A stretch of DNA of 64,000 nucleotides from Mobula birostris (GCF_030028105.1 NC_092371.1:14715884-14779883), one strand, 5' to 3'. Positions 36,560 to 49,568 are shown, counted from the first letter of the stretch. Made by a program: numbers and translations. Notes: generated by a model from the sequence alone, not told the origin.

Positions 36560-37960
36560 GTTAACAAGTGCTCACTCGCCGGAAAACAAGAAAGAGGATC
36601 TTAGGGTCGGATTACTCTTTCGGAGGAAAATGAGGATTTGCTCTGTTCTGTGCTTCACTGCACATGGCTTACTCCGGACACGCCAGAACCCGAAGGCTTC
36701 TCGATAGACAGGACGGATTGAACTGATGATTCGGCGAAGGAAAAATATGGGAGACTCTGTTTCATGTTAAACTCTTTGTGGTGATCTGATGTGGTGATTT
36801 TCCCATACTCTATTTACCCTGGTCCTGGAACATCTAACGATTGAGTACCCACCATTCTACTTGTCAGGAAATTCTTCGTTCGTGATCCTGGCCGCAGTTT
36901 ATATACAGCCAAACGCCGACGTTAACCAGACACGCGAGATATTGACGCCTGCCATCCCCAAACAGGACACCGTCTCCTGAGGGATTTCAAATCATAGTCG
37001 GTCTCCAACCAAGCTTAATTGAAAAAGTCTCGACCTAATTATCGTCAACATATCATCTGTAACGCCAGGCAACGAACACCCGAAATTATTGATATACTAA
37101 GATAAGGAATATCTCTCGTTCCCTGCGAAGACCGCATTTCGGGAAATCTGATCACTTGCCTGTCCTTCTCCTACCTGAATACAGTCAGAGGTTCAAAAGA
37201 AGGCTCCAAAGCTAAGGGCAACAAAAATATGGTCGCAGAAAGCTGGGGCTGGGCAACGAGATTGCTTCCAGTCGGTGGACTGGGCCGCGTTCAATGAAAC
37301 ATCGGAGTATCTAAATGAATATAGAACCGTTGTCACGGACTTTATAAAAAATAGTCGTAGACGAGTGGGTACTGACAAAATAATTCCGAATCTTTCCCTA
37401 CTAGAATTTCTGGTTGAACTATGAGATCCGAAATCTGATGAGGGCTAGATCACTGCACTTCAGGTCTGGCAAACAAGTAAGGTACAAGGCGACCAGGTAC
37501 GATCTCTGGAAAGCTATCTCACGGGCAAACTAGCAATTCCGGACTAATCTTCAATCACTGGAGGGTGCGCGACAACTGTGGGAAGGCTTGAATGCTATTA
37601 CCTCTTACCAACTGAAACTAAGCGACATAAAACAGCAGCGCTTCGCAGCCGGATGAGCTGAATGTCTCCTATGGTCCATTTGACCGTCAAAACATGGAGG
37701 AACATTCAGGAACTCCTGCAGCCCGCGATAACCCTATGATCTCAGTCTTGAGGTTGAAGTGTGAGCATCCTTCAGAAGAGTGAACTCACGGAAATCATCC
37801 GGCCTAAATGGAGTACCTGGCCGGGTATGAAAAAACTGTGCTAATCAACTGGCTGGAGTGTTCACCAATACCTTTAAACTCGTGCTTCGGCAGTGTGATG
37901 TTCCCATCTGCTTCAAGCAGGTTCAATTATATCGGTGTCTAAGAAGAATGTGGGAATTGC
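36560..37960 (+). mobile_element. Degenerate Rex1/Babar-like LINE (APE region to RT start)
   Basis: Frameshifted remnants resembling the Rex1/Babar APE and linker, e.g. VILAAVYIQP, QHIICN, GKSDHLPVLL and SFRRVNSRKSSGLNGVPGR. Confidence 0.65.
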
Positions 37961-38544
37961 CAGTTAGTAATGCATGCATTAAGAAAGGATACAATATTCC
38001 TCCGATGTGATATCACGAAAACAGGAGACAGACCAAGACTGAAAAACTAACAAAACCACATAATTATAACATATAGTTACAGCAGTGCCAGAATAGCATA
38101 ATTTGATGAAGAACAGTCCATGGCATAGTAAAAAAGTTCAAAGTTTCCCGAAAGTCCCACATATCACGCAGACGGGAGAAAGAAGAAAACTCTCCCTGCC
38201 ATGCCCGACCACAGTCCGACACTGAGTCGTCCGAAAACTTCGAGCTTTGATGAACCCTCCGACACCGAGTACCGAGCGCCATCTCTATCCTAATGCTTCG
38301 ACCTCAACCTAGGTCGCCAGCAGCAGGCAAAGCCGGGGATTTTGGGGGCTTCTCTCTGGAAGATTCTCGATCGCACGGTAACAACAGCTGCGAGCCAGGC
38401 ATTTCAGACACTTCTCCAGATGTTACTCTGCTTCTCACGTCTGTCTTCATCAAATCAGAATTGCCCACGGCCCCTATTTAACAGAAACGATATCATTTCA
38501 CCGGAGAGCTGCGCGCGCTGCGTCGTGCTGCCATCTTCTCCTCC

Positions 38545-39620
38545 CGCCATTTGCGTTCTCCCCTATTTCTTTTGGTTCCATACATAGCCGACCACTCTGA
38601 TCTTCAAGAGGACTGTTTTATCCCATACTATCCTTTTGCTCTTAATATACCTGTGGAGGCTCTTTGGATTATCCTACACCTCTACTGCCAAAACAACTTC
38701 ATGTCTTCTTTTAGCCCCCCTGATTTTTTTCTTAAGTATTTTTTGCACTTTTTATTCTCCTCAAGTACCTTATTTGCTTCCTGTTTCTTATACCTTTCAT
38801 ACATCTTTATCTTCTTCTTTATCAGAGTACCAATATCCCCTGAGAACCAAGGTTCCTTATTATTATTCACTTTGCCTTTAATCCTGACAGGAACATACAA
38901 ACTCTGCACTCTCAAAATTTCTCCTTTCAAGGCCTCCAACTTACCAATCACATCCTTGCCAGAGAACAACCTGTCCCAATCCACGTTTTTTTAGATCCTT
39001 TCTCATTTCTTCAAATTTGGCCTTTTTGCAGTTCAGAAACATAACCCGAGGACCAGAAATATCTACATTCATGATCACGTTGAATCTAATGGTGTTATGG
39101 TCTCTGGAATCAAAGTGTTCCCCTACACGCATTTCCGTCACCTGTCCTAACTCTTTTCCTAATAGGAGATCTTATATTGCAACCTCTCTAGTTGGTACCT
39201 CTACATATTGATTTAGAAAACTTTCCTGACCACATTTTACAAACCCTAACCCGTCTAGACCTTTAACAGTATGGGAGCCCCAATAAATATGTGGAAAATT
39301 AAAATCCCCTACTATCACAACTTTATGTTTCCTGCACTTCCCTGCTATCTCTCTGCAGATTTTCTCCTCCAATTCTCGCTGACTACTGCCATCCTTTGCT
39401 CCTACCATCCTTTTCCCTCCAATACAGCCTTGGCTATTCATCACCCGACTGCAACCATCTTTCAACCACGATTCAGAGTTGGCCACAAAGTCATACCTGT
39501 CAATCTGTAATAAAGCAACTAGATCATCTACCTTATTTCTTAAACTCGGTGCATTGAAATGTAATACTTTGTTGTCTGTATTTGTTATCCTGTTTGCTTC
39601 TGAATCTCTATTGCACTGAT
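38545..39620 (-). mobile_element. CR1 LINE fragment (APE region)
   Basis: Peptides KVVIVGDFNFPHIYW and VGEHFDSRDHNTIRF. Confidence 0.85.
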
Positions 39621-40149
39621 ACTCACCCTGCCGTCTGTAATTTTGTCATACCATCTGCCTGACCTTCCTGCAGGCTGACCGCGCGCTATCTTTGCTTTTA
39701 CACAGTTGTGGCTCCCTTCACTTTGATTCCCACCTCCCCCTCCTCTCTCAACCCCTCCGCCGGATAACATCGTTTAAACCCTCCCAACACCTCCAACAAA
39801 CCTGCTGGCGAGAATATTGATCCCCCTCGTGTTTACGTGCAACACATCACTTATGCATCAGAATCAGAATCAGGTTTATGATCGCATTAGGAAAGAAAGT
39901 CTATGGGTAGCATCCAGAGCATGAAAGACGCTATGGAAATGCAAGACCGTCTCATCGCATCTTTGCCCACATTTTCAGAATGGATGAAAAAAAAATTATC
40001 ATCAAGCCCAAACCTCCTCGCACAGGTAATATTCAAAATGACTGTGAACGATTAAACAGGCACCAAATAAGCAGAGTCATAGAATCACAGAATACCACAG
40101 CACGGAATCAGGTCTTTCAGTCTAACTCGTTACATCTGGTCAAAATGGT

Positions 40150-42240
40150 CACACGCACTGAAAAGCTTGAGCATGTGGATATTAAGATAGAGGATGTGCA
40201 AGAGCTATTGAAAAGCATCAATTTGGATAAGAGACCGGGATCAGACGTGATGTACCCCAGGCTAATGTAGGAGGCGAGGGATGAGGTTGCTGAGCCTCTG
40301 ACGGGGATGTTTGCATCGTCAATGGGGACGGGAGATGTTCCAGAGGATTGGAGGGTTGCGGATGTCTTTCCATTATTCAAGCAACGGACTAGAGATGGTC
40401 CAGGGAATTATAGAGCAGTGAGTCCTACTTCAGTGGTCGGTAAGTTGATGGAGAAGAGCCTGAGAGGCAGGATTTGTGAACATTTGGAGAGGCATAATAT
40501 GATTAGGAATAGTCAGCAATTTCATAAAGAGTAAAAGCGAGGTTAGAATTGCTATTGTACAACTGGAAAATGATTCTGGTTATGTAGTAATGGGGGTCAA
40601 AGAAATGGCAGATGATCTTAATTGGTATTTTGCATTTGTCTTCCCTGTTGGTGACACTGGCAGTATGCCAGAGGTCTGTAGGTGTTATGGAGCTGGAGTG
40701 TGTCATTACAATTACAAATGAAAAAGTGGTAGACAACTGAAAGATCTTAAGAGAGAGGTTACGGAAGGGTTAACAGATGCATTGGTCATGATCTTTCAAG
40801 AATCATTTCATTCTGGCATGGTCTCGGAGGGCTAGGAAATTGAAAGTTCACTTTAAGAAAGGAAATTGCATGCTCGTTAGCCTAACTTCAGTGGTTGGAC
40901 ACGATTGGAGTATATTAATGAGGATGAGGTGTCGGGGTTCTTGGAGACTAATGATAAAATAAGTCAAAAACAGCATGACTTCTGCAAAGAGAAATCTTAC
41001 AATAATCTGTTAGTTCTTGGAGAAAGTAACAAGCAGTGTGGACAAAAGAGAGGCAGTGGAAGTCATTAACTTGGATTATAAGAAGGCGTTTGATAAGATG
41101 CCACACATGAAGCTTCTTAGCAAGATGAAATTCTACAGGAAAGATACTACTGGCGTGAATAACGGAGTGGCTGACAGGCGGGAGGCCGCGAATGGGAGTA
41201 AAAGGAGCCTTTTATGATTGGCTGCCGGTGACTATGAGTGTCAGAGGTCAGTACTAGGAGCGCTACTTTTCATATTGATTGTCAGTGATTTAGATAATGG
41301 AATTAGTGGCTTTGTGGCAAAGTGTGCAGATGATATGAAGATAGGTGGAGGATACGTAGTGCTGAGGAAGCAATGTGATTGCAGCACGACTTACACAAAT
41401 TGAAAGAATGGGCAAAAAGTGGCAAGTTGAATACAGTGTTGAGAAATATATGATTGTGCAGTTTGGTAAAAATATACAATGGTGCGGACTGTTATCTAAA
41501 TGAGGAGAGAGTTCAAACATCAGAGACGCAAAGAGACTTCGGAGTCCCCCTGAAAGACTCCGAGAAGGTTCATTTACCGGCTGGGTCTGTGGTAGAGAAA
41601 ACAATTGCAATTTTGGCACTTATTTCAAGGGGAATAGAATATAAAAAGAAGGAGATGATGCTGAACCTTGAAAAGTCAGTAGTCATGCTGCAATTGGAGT
41701 ATTGTCAAGAGTTTCGGGCCCAATATCTCAGAAAGGACATGCTGTCATTGGAGAGAATCCAGAAGAGGTTCGCGTGGATGATTCCGAGAATGAAGGGATG
41801 AACATATGAGGAGCGTTTGGTAGCTTTGGGCCAGTACTCACCGGAATTTAGAAGAATGCGGGAGCTCTCATTGAAACCAACCGAATTTTGAAAGGAATAG
41901 ATAGGATGGGTGTGGAGACGATGTTTCCTATGTTAAGGATTTGCAGAGTTAGAGGCACAGTATCAAAAAAGGCGCTCCTTTGGAAAAGAAGGAAGGAGGA
42001 ATTCTTTTTAGCCAAAGAGTAATAAATCTGTGGAATCTTCTGGCACAGACTGCTGTGCAGGTCAGGTCCATGGGAATATTTAAGGCGGAACTTGATAGCT
42101 TCCTGATCCGTCAGGGCACCAAGGGATATGGCGAGAAGGCAGGTTTACGGAGTTGAGTGGGATCCGGCATCAGCCATGATAAAACGGCAGAGCAGACTCG
42201 ATGGGCCGAATGGCCTACTTCTGCTCCTATGTCTTATGTA
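40150..42240 (+). mobile_element. Composite CR1 LINE fragments (RT and 3' tail)
   Basis: Peptides GDVPEDWRVADVF, LDYKKAFDKMPH and LQLEYCQEF. The tail is GGCCGAATGGCCTACTTCTGCTCCTATGTCTTATG. Confidence 0.85.
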
Positions 42241-42782
42241 CATCCCCACGTCTGGTACACCTGCACCAACCAGATGCCCGGATCTATATTATTACTGATG
42301 TGGATTTTGCAAGCAAATTGAACCATCAAGAGAAATCGAGGATACTGGAAACACTCGGAGCTTCAAGCAGCGGCAATGGAGTGCGCCGATGTGGTTTGGT
42401 GACGCACCCATGACTATGGATTTCAGCTGCAGTTGTACTAAATTTAATTTTTGACTATTCCCACCGGAGGTGCACGCAAACAGACGCCATTTATCGGCGC
42501 CATCTGAGGCTATCTTGAAGACTGATTACTCCACATTATCACCCTACATTGTCATTCAACCAGACGAACCAAAGATCCTCCGAACCAAACTACACAAAGA
42601 GGTTCATATAATTCACAAACAACACAGAAAATAATAGTACCACAAATAAATTAACACAGAATAAAATACATTTCAGAAGATTAACTGCAGCATGGGGTGC
42701 ACTTATAAAACGTCGGAAAGTAAGCGGTATAACACTATCGAAATGATGAGACCTGCGTGGTCGCAGGGAGTTCAGCAATCTG

Positions 42783-43190
42783 AGAGCGGTAAGCGTTTAG
42801 GAGTTGGGTGCTTACTGTTCTGGTTAACAACAGATGGTGCAATCCGGGTCATATTACGATCAAGGAACGTGTTTGTAGACCTGATATTGAACTTTTTGCT
42901 GCTGGACTTCGGACATATTCCACCGAGATTCCACACTGGGCGGCACGGGAGGTCGTTTCTGCCTGTGGCCACCGAATTTGCAGTTCCTCCCGTGGAGGGT
43001 CAGACACCCTGAGCCAATATGCTGGTCCTGGACTTATTTCCATCTGGCATAGTTTGCATTTTGTTGTTTGTTTGTAGTTTTTGTATTGCTATATTCGGCT
43101 CTATTCTTGGTTGGTGCGGCTGTAACGAAACCCAATTTCCCTCGGGATCAATAAAGTATATCTATCTATCTATCAATCTATCTATCTAAT
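42783..43190 (+). mobile_element. Internally deleted Rex1/Babar-like element (APE fragment fused to 3' tail)
   Basis: Peptide VLVNNRWCNPGHITIKERVCRPDIEL. The tail is AATTTCCCTCGGGATCAATAAAGTA(TATC)n. Absent from copy 1 at ~21320. Confidence 0.65.
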
Positions 43191-45489
43191 CTCACGTCCT
43201 GGGGGAAAAAAAGTTGTTCCTCATCCGAACAGTCCTCGTCCCAGTTTTATGGTACTTCCTGCCAGAAGGTTGGGGGTCAAAGACGGAATAATAGGCGCTG
43301 TAGAAAAACGGACCTCACCATTTTTTCGTTGTTGAATCTGGTTTACAGACTACATCCCGGTGTATATGGCTATCTCCTATCGCCACCACATTATTAGTGA
43401 TCACCTTTCTAGTGGGCAGTCTCAAGATTTCGTACCTACTATTATTTATAATTCAGTAAACCATAATATTTAAATGTGCATTGCAAATGTGAAATCAATC
43501 CTCGCTGCATGTGTACTTCAGGCGCTTTTCAATAAAGGTTATGACAATTTTCATGAAATGTTCCAGTTATCTGCAATACCCACATGACAGTTATAGAGTT
43601 TACGCTGTATCATCCTCTAGGTTCTATAGTTTCCTTCCACAGTCAAAAGAAGTACTGGTCAGTAGGTTAGTTGGTGATTATAAATTGTCCTGTGATTGCG
43701 CTTGGGTGAAATCGGTGGGTTGCTGGGCAGCTCGTTGGGCCACATGGGCATGTTACACACTGCATCTATGATTAATAAATAAATAAATAAGCAAACAAAT
43801 AAATAAATAGATTATTAGATACTGCAAATACGCATACAGACAGCCTGATAGATAGATAGATATAAACACAGATAGATAGGTAAATACATCAATACCAAAT
43901 AAATAATCATTGTCGCCGGAAGCGTGGTGACACTTCAAGTCTGTGACCAGCACAATCCTTATTGATTTGATTGGACGCAAACGGCACTGAATGTTTCTTT
44001 CTACGTATGACAAACAAAGCTAATCTTTTTAAAAGTTAATGTATTCTCTTTAAGTTGACTGTTTTTTTCTGTTTTAGACTTTTGTAATGCGCTTGACTGT
44101 CCCCGTATTTTCAAAGATGTTTTAAAACGTTAAAGACGTTAATTGTTCCATAAACCAAGAGTTGCTGTCATTTGCTCCATTTTTCATTGGATTTCTAGCA
44201 TAAGGACAGGATTTACTTTCTCTCATGTCGCTCAAGTTGCTCTGCATATTCCATAAATAGAGTGATTAGTATGGTCAGTAATGGTCAGTGGAAGTCCAGG
44301 CACAGGATGACACTACCCAACCAAAATTAAAAACCTCATTAATGACGAAGTCAGATTTCTACACCAAAGTCTTGAAGACATCAGTAGATCAGGCAACCGT
44401 AAATAACATGTGTAAAATGTTACTGAATTCGCTCTGTGTTCAAGGAACTAACAATCTTCTTATTAGTCATACCCTACATAAAGTCCACGCTATTGGGCAA
44501 GCAAGATATATATTTAACATAATTAAACGGGTCCCTGCTGTCATCTTACATATGCTTCGGGCTTCAGCAACTCTCTCCCATGTGCGCTTACAGTCTTAGA
44601 TCTCACATTACAAGTTTCAGGAAGAGTTCAACCATCAGGCCCCTGAACCAAAGTGGCTGACTTTAATCCCCACATCTCTGAACTAATTCAATGATCTATA
44701 GACTCACTTTCAAACTCATGTCCTCAGTTTTATTTATCCATTATCGCTTTATCCCTTTGTTTATTTCTTTATGATTGATTGAGTTTAATTGAATTATCTA
44801 CTGATGTGTGTTTTATTTATTTAGCTGTCTATCTTTCTATCTATCCATTTACGTATTTGCGGTGCTTCACAGTCTTTATGTGTAGTTTTTCACTGCATCT
44901 ATTGTACCTCTTCGACTGTAAGAATACCTGCACGAGCATGAAACACATGGTCGCATATGAAGACGTACAAATACTTTGATAACAAAATTATCTTGAAATT
45001 CGAAGATAATCATATGTTACAGAAGCTACTGTGTGGGTATGTGTGTGTGGGTGTGCCGGGTGGTGGCGCTTGGTGTCAGGACGGGAAATGAGGTGGATGG
45101 CCTTCATTCAGGAACTAACGGAATCGGTGAAGACAATGTTCAAGTCATGGGAATCATCCCTACAGTGTAACACTCCCAATGGTGCTAAGACCTTGGCCGA
45201 AAGGCAGTGAGAATGTTGATCTCCGTTCCACAGGGATGGATGTAAATGAAGAGCAGAAGTGCCGGAAAACGAGGAGTATAAGGTTCCGGTGATGGTGGTG
45301 TGTGAGTGCCGACGGACGAAGAACGCTCAGGACACAGAGAGCAGAAAAGCGGAGGAAGATGTCGGTGTCGATTTAACTGCAATTCTGATTGAGGCTGCTA
45401 GGCGCCACGTTATCAGCGACCATTCCCCCCAAAGTACTGCCAGCAGCCGAGTCAAGACAACACACGATAAATCTATCGCCGTTTCCTCT

Positions 45490-45495
45490 TTTATT
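45490..45495 (-). terminator. Polyadenylation signal, IgL copy 2
   Basis: AATAAA on the - strand at the position paralogous to 17297-17302. Confidence 0.7.
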
Positions 45496-45783
45496 AAGAC
45501 TTGTTTTCCACAAGTTCAATCACAGGACAGGAGATCGCTCCTGATTCTACACACAGCAGTAGTTCGGACACAGCACAGTGGGGATAATTCTACACAAAAT
45601 TATCTGTCGCAAAAGATGGATTATTATTGCCAACTTTTCTAAAATTATAGAACATTATCATTGTTTACATAAGCGAACATTACGACACTATTACATTGCA
45701 ATGGGCTGCTGCACAGCCCCAATCATTACTTAACTGCATTAAACAAGAGCAAAAATCCACGTGTGCTGCCAGCTGGCACACTC

Positions 45784-46112
45784 TCACTGCGCACAGGCGG
45801 ACGAAGAGATGGTGTTGCGCAGCGGCGAGCTCAGTGAGCTGTGGCTCACGCTGCAGGAATAACTCGAGCCTTTGTTCCAGGCAGCGGTGGTTACTCGCAG
45901 GTAACTGCTCAGCCTGTAGTTCTGGTCGGTGTCCAGGGAGACAGCTCCTGTCGTCACGCCGCTCTCTGTCTGAACTCCATCCACGCTCCAGCGCAGCACT
46001 ACCAAGCCTGGCTTAAAGCCACTCACCAGACAGGAGAGAGTGGCCGAACCCGTGCCGGTCTCCTCCAGAGAGGGAGGGAGTAGCAGAACCGAGGGCTCCC
46101 GGGAATTGCTAC
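45784..46112 (-). CDS. Ig light chain constant exon, copy 2
   Basis: A CACACAG| acceptor precedes an open frame SNSREPSVLLLPPSLEE...SCLVSGFKPG...YSCSVSH...SSACAQ*. It differs from copy 1 at 9 of 109 aa (manual count). Confidence 0.95.
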
Positions 46113-47021
46113 CTGTGTGTGAGAGGAGATGAAAGGGAATAGAAACAGTATTATTTCATGGACTGTTCAGAGACAGAAACACCAGAGCCGAAACTAACAT
46201 AGGAATTGCAACACAGTATGCGGCACATGTGACCTCTCGGGTACAGACCTTTGAATGAAGAGTTGCCCTGATTATTCGCAGTCTTGAGCGGCTACAGTGT
46301 GACAACATTTATATAAATACAATAGTTTTGAATCGACTCTGCTCTCGGCATGCTTTGTGTCAAAAGATAACTTCAACAGTACTCAATTTCTTTGCTGACT
46401 GCGCACACCGTGCCCATATGATTGGTCCCTCTAGTGAGACCAGTTCCTTGTTCTTCTCCAAGAACTCCCCAAATCTTGAACTCTTAGGGCTATAACTGAG
46501 AATATTACACCTTCAGTTAATGAAAGAAAGAAGGCTTCTTGGGATGACCCGAGTTCGGGAAAGCTCATTGTATATCCAAGACTAGGTACCCAGAGACAGG
46601 AAAAAGAGCTGGTCTGTGAACTGGTGAGAAGCGCGGATAGGCGAAACGACTCGTTCGGAACCAGATTGCATTCCGGACCCGTACTCACCCACCTATTGCA
46701 GCTCGACTCTGACACCAGCCTGTTGTCTGCCCAGCATATTCCCCTAGTATATAATATTTTCAGTCCGATGTTTTCCTCCTGTGTTTTCTACAATCATAAT
46801 GACAGGGCAGTTCTTCATCACAAACTGCGAATTGCGTTAGCTTGAAGCAGTAAATATCCCGCGCTGTGGTCCAGGATTTACGGCACCCAGAAAAATTCTG
46901 GAATATTCATGACAAACATGTTCTCAAAAGTGGTGAATGAAGAGTGCAGGATAGATGTCATGCTTATGGTAGCGATCATTTTCCCAAATTATGTATGAGC
47001 ATTTTTCAAGAAAGTATGAGA

Positions 47022-48271
47022 GAAATTACAAATTTTTGAGGAAATTACAAGTAGGCTAGGCAAGGGATGTTGTATATTTGGATTTTCAGAAGGCCTTTGA
47101 TAAGGTGCCACACATGAGGCTATATAACAAGATAAGAGCCCATGGAATTACGGGAAAGTTACATACGTGGATGGAGCGTTGGCTGATTGATAGGAAACAG
47201 AGAGTCGGAATAAAGGGATCCTATTCTGGTTGGCTGCTGGTTACCAGTGGTGTTCCACGGGGGTCCGTGTTGGGGCCGCTTCTTCTTACGTTGTACATCA
47301 GCGATTTCGATTATGAAATAGTTGTCTTTGTGGCTAAGTTTGCTGATAATACGAAGATGGGTGGAGGGGCCAGTAGTGCTGAGGAAATAGAGAGTCTGCG
47401 GAGAGAATTGTATAGATTGGAAGAATGGGCAAAGAATTGGCAAAAGAAATACAATGTTGGAAAGTATATGGTTGTGCACTTTGGCAGAAGAAATAAACGG
47501 GCAGACTATTATTTAAATGGAGAGAAAATTCAAAGTTTTGAGATGGAACGGGACTTGGAAGTCGTCGTGCAGCATACCCTTAAGGTTAACTTCCAGGTTG
47601 AGTTGGTGGTGAAGAAGGCGAATACAATGTTGGCGTTCATTTCTAGAGGAATAGAGTATAGGAGCAGGGATGTGATGTTGACGCTCTATAAGGCGCTGGT
47701 GAGACCTCACTTGGAGTACTGTGGGCAGTTTTAGTCTCCTTATTAAAGAAAGGATGTGCTGACGTTGGAGAGGCTACAGACAAGATTCACTAGAATGATT
47801 CCGGGAATGAGAGGGTTAACATATGAGGAACGTTTGTCCGCTGTTGGACTGCATTCCTTGGAGCTTAGCAAAATGAGGGGGGGACCTCATAGAAACATTT
47901 CGAATGTTGAAAGGCATGGACAGAGTGGATGTGATAAAGTTGTTTCCCATGATGGGGGCGTCCAGTACGAGAGGGCATGACTTAAGGATTGAAGGGCGCC
48001 CATTCAGAACAGAGATGCGAAGATATTTTTTTTTTAGCCAGATGGTGGTGAATCTATGGAATTTTTTGCCACGGGCGGCAGTGGAGGCCAGGTCATTGGG
48101 TGTATTTAAGGTAGAGATTGATAGGTCTCTGAGTAGCCAGGGTATCAAAGATTATGGTGAGAAGGCGGGGGACTGGGACTAAATGGAAGAATGGATCAGC
48201 TCATGATGAAATGGCGGAGTAGACTGGATGGGCCGAATGGCCGACTTCTGCTCATTTGTCTTATATTCTTA
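47022..48271 (+). mobile_element. 5'-truncated CR1 LINE in the J-C intron of copy 2 (antisense to the gene)
   Basis: ORF 47078-47734 (DFQKAFDKVPH, KFADNTK) and a CR1 tail. Absent from copy 1 at ~15755. Confidence 0.9.
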
Positions 48272-49071
48272 TAGCGATACGATCGACAGTCAAGATTTTT
48301 TCCCCAAGGGCAGAAATCTAAGCCAAGAGGAGGAAAATTTACAGGAGAACTGCGGCGAATGTTTATTTTGTGTACAGAGTGTAGGGTGCATGAGCTGGAG
48401 GAGGTAGATACGATAGGGTCGTTTAAGAAGCTGTTAGACGGAGATAGGATGTGCTGAAAATGAAGGGATATGGAGTATGTGTAAACAGCAGGGATTGGTT
48501 TAATTTGACATCATCCAGATCCGCTGTAACAAGATATTGAATGGTTCTCTAGTGCGCTAAGATAGACGATTCACCTCACAAATTGCTTCCTTATGATCTT
48601 GCAACTTATCTACCTGCATTGCACTTCCTCTGACACTGTTACTTTTTATTCTATGTTAAGCTGTGTTTAACTCAATGCACTGTCATCACGTGATCTTGAT
48701 GGACAGTATGCAGGAAAGCCTTTCAATGCATCTTGTGAAAAGTGGCAAAAGTAAACCAATACTAATAATACAAAGTACGGGGCCTATTGTGTTAAGGAGA
48801 AGGGATGTCGGAAAATATTGAATTCTGCTACACCGGCTTAAGTAGAACAAAATTGTCCAGCAAAAAATGTTCACAAGTCAAGCGATCAGTAATTCGACTT
48901 TTCGGGCTGACTCGATGGGCTGAACGGCCTCCTGTGCCAGACTGAAACAGATGGAAACTCCCACAGTGTAGATATATGACAAGTCTCCCCTGGAAGGAGT
49001 TTTAGCAAGCTGCGGGGAACAAGAGTGGCTGTAGTAGGAATTGTTTGGAACAGAATGAGGGAGACACTTAC

Positions 49072-49425
49072 TCTTAATATCCAGGATAGTGCCTTGACCG
49101 AAGATAAATCCATTATCCCACCCTGCACAGTAATAGACGGCGGAATCGCGGGGTTCCAGTCTGCTGATGGTCAGGATATGACTGTTGCTGGAGGAGTCTC
49201 TGGACGGTTGAAAACTTTGAGTGATCCCTGTCCCTCGGGCAATTCCATTGTTTGTGTAATGTTCTAACATCCACTCCGGTCTCTGCCCGGGACGCTGTCG
49301 GTGCCAGCACATGTAGTAACTTCCAACATTACAGTTCTGTATCCGACACTCTAAGCGGACGGTCTGTACCGCGGAAACAGGTCCGCACATTGGGGGCTGA
49401 TTGAGCACTGCGGCCGCGGAGATAT
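49072..49425 (-). CDS. Ig light chain (type I / sigma-cart) copy 2, germline-joined VJ exon; open frame, but the gene's leader donor is defective (possible pseudogene)
   Basis: TTGCAG| acceptor, then AAVLNQPPMCGPVSAVQTVRLEC...MCWHRQ...DSAVYYCAGWDNGFIFGQGTILDIK, then an intact donor A|GTAAGT at 49071. Confidence 0.92.
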
Positions 49426-49519
49426 CTGCAATGAATCACAATAAAACCACTGGGTGACTTGTAGCAAAATAAAAATCAGCAGTAATCCCAATTTTAACGG
49501 ATAATCATCCGACTCTCAG

Positions 49520-49568
49520 CTGGTAAATGAACCAACAGAACCCACAGGAGATGCAGCTCTGGGGACAT
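49520..49568 (-). pseudogene. Ig light chain copy 2 leader exon with mutated splice donor (GT>CT)
   Basis: Encodes MSPELHLLWVLLVHLP plus G, followed by CTGAGAG where copy 1 has GTGAGAG. Read-through hits TAA after ...ESRMIIR. Confidence 0.85.

Noticed and set aside
45696-46083. Antisense ORFs over the C exons (also 16775-16957)
   Set aside because: They are shadow frames of GC-rich coding exons, and the substitution pattern supports selection on the Ig frame.
48878-49071. C-terminal extension of the 176-aa ORF as coding sequence
   Set aside because: It is read-through past an intact GTAAGT donor into the J-C intron.
49518-49521. GC-AG rescue of the copy 2 leader intron (CCA|GCTGAG)
   Set aside because: The context is weak and the phase is 0, so it would be out of frame with the phase-1 V exon.
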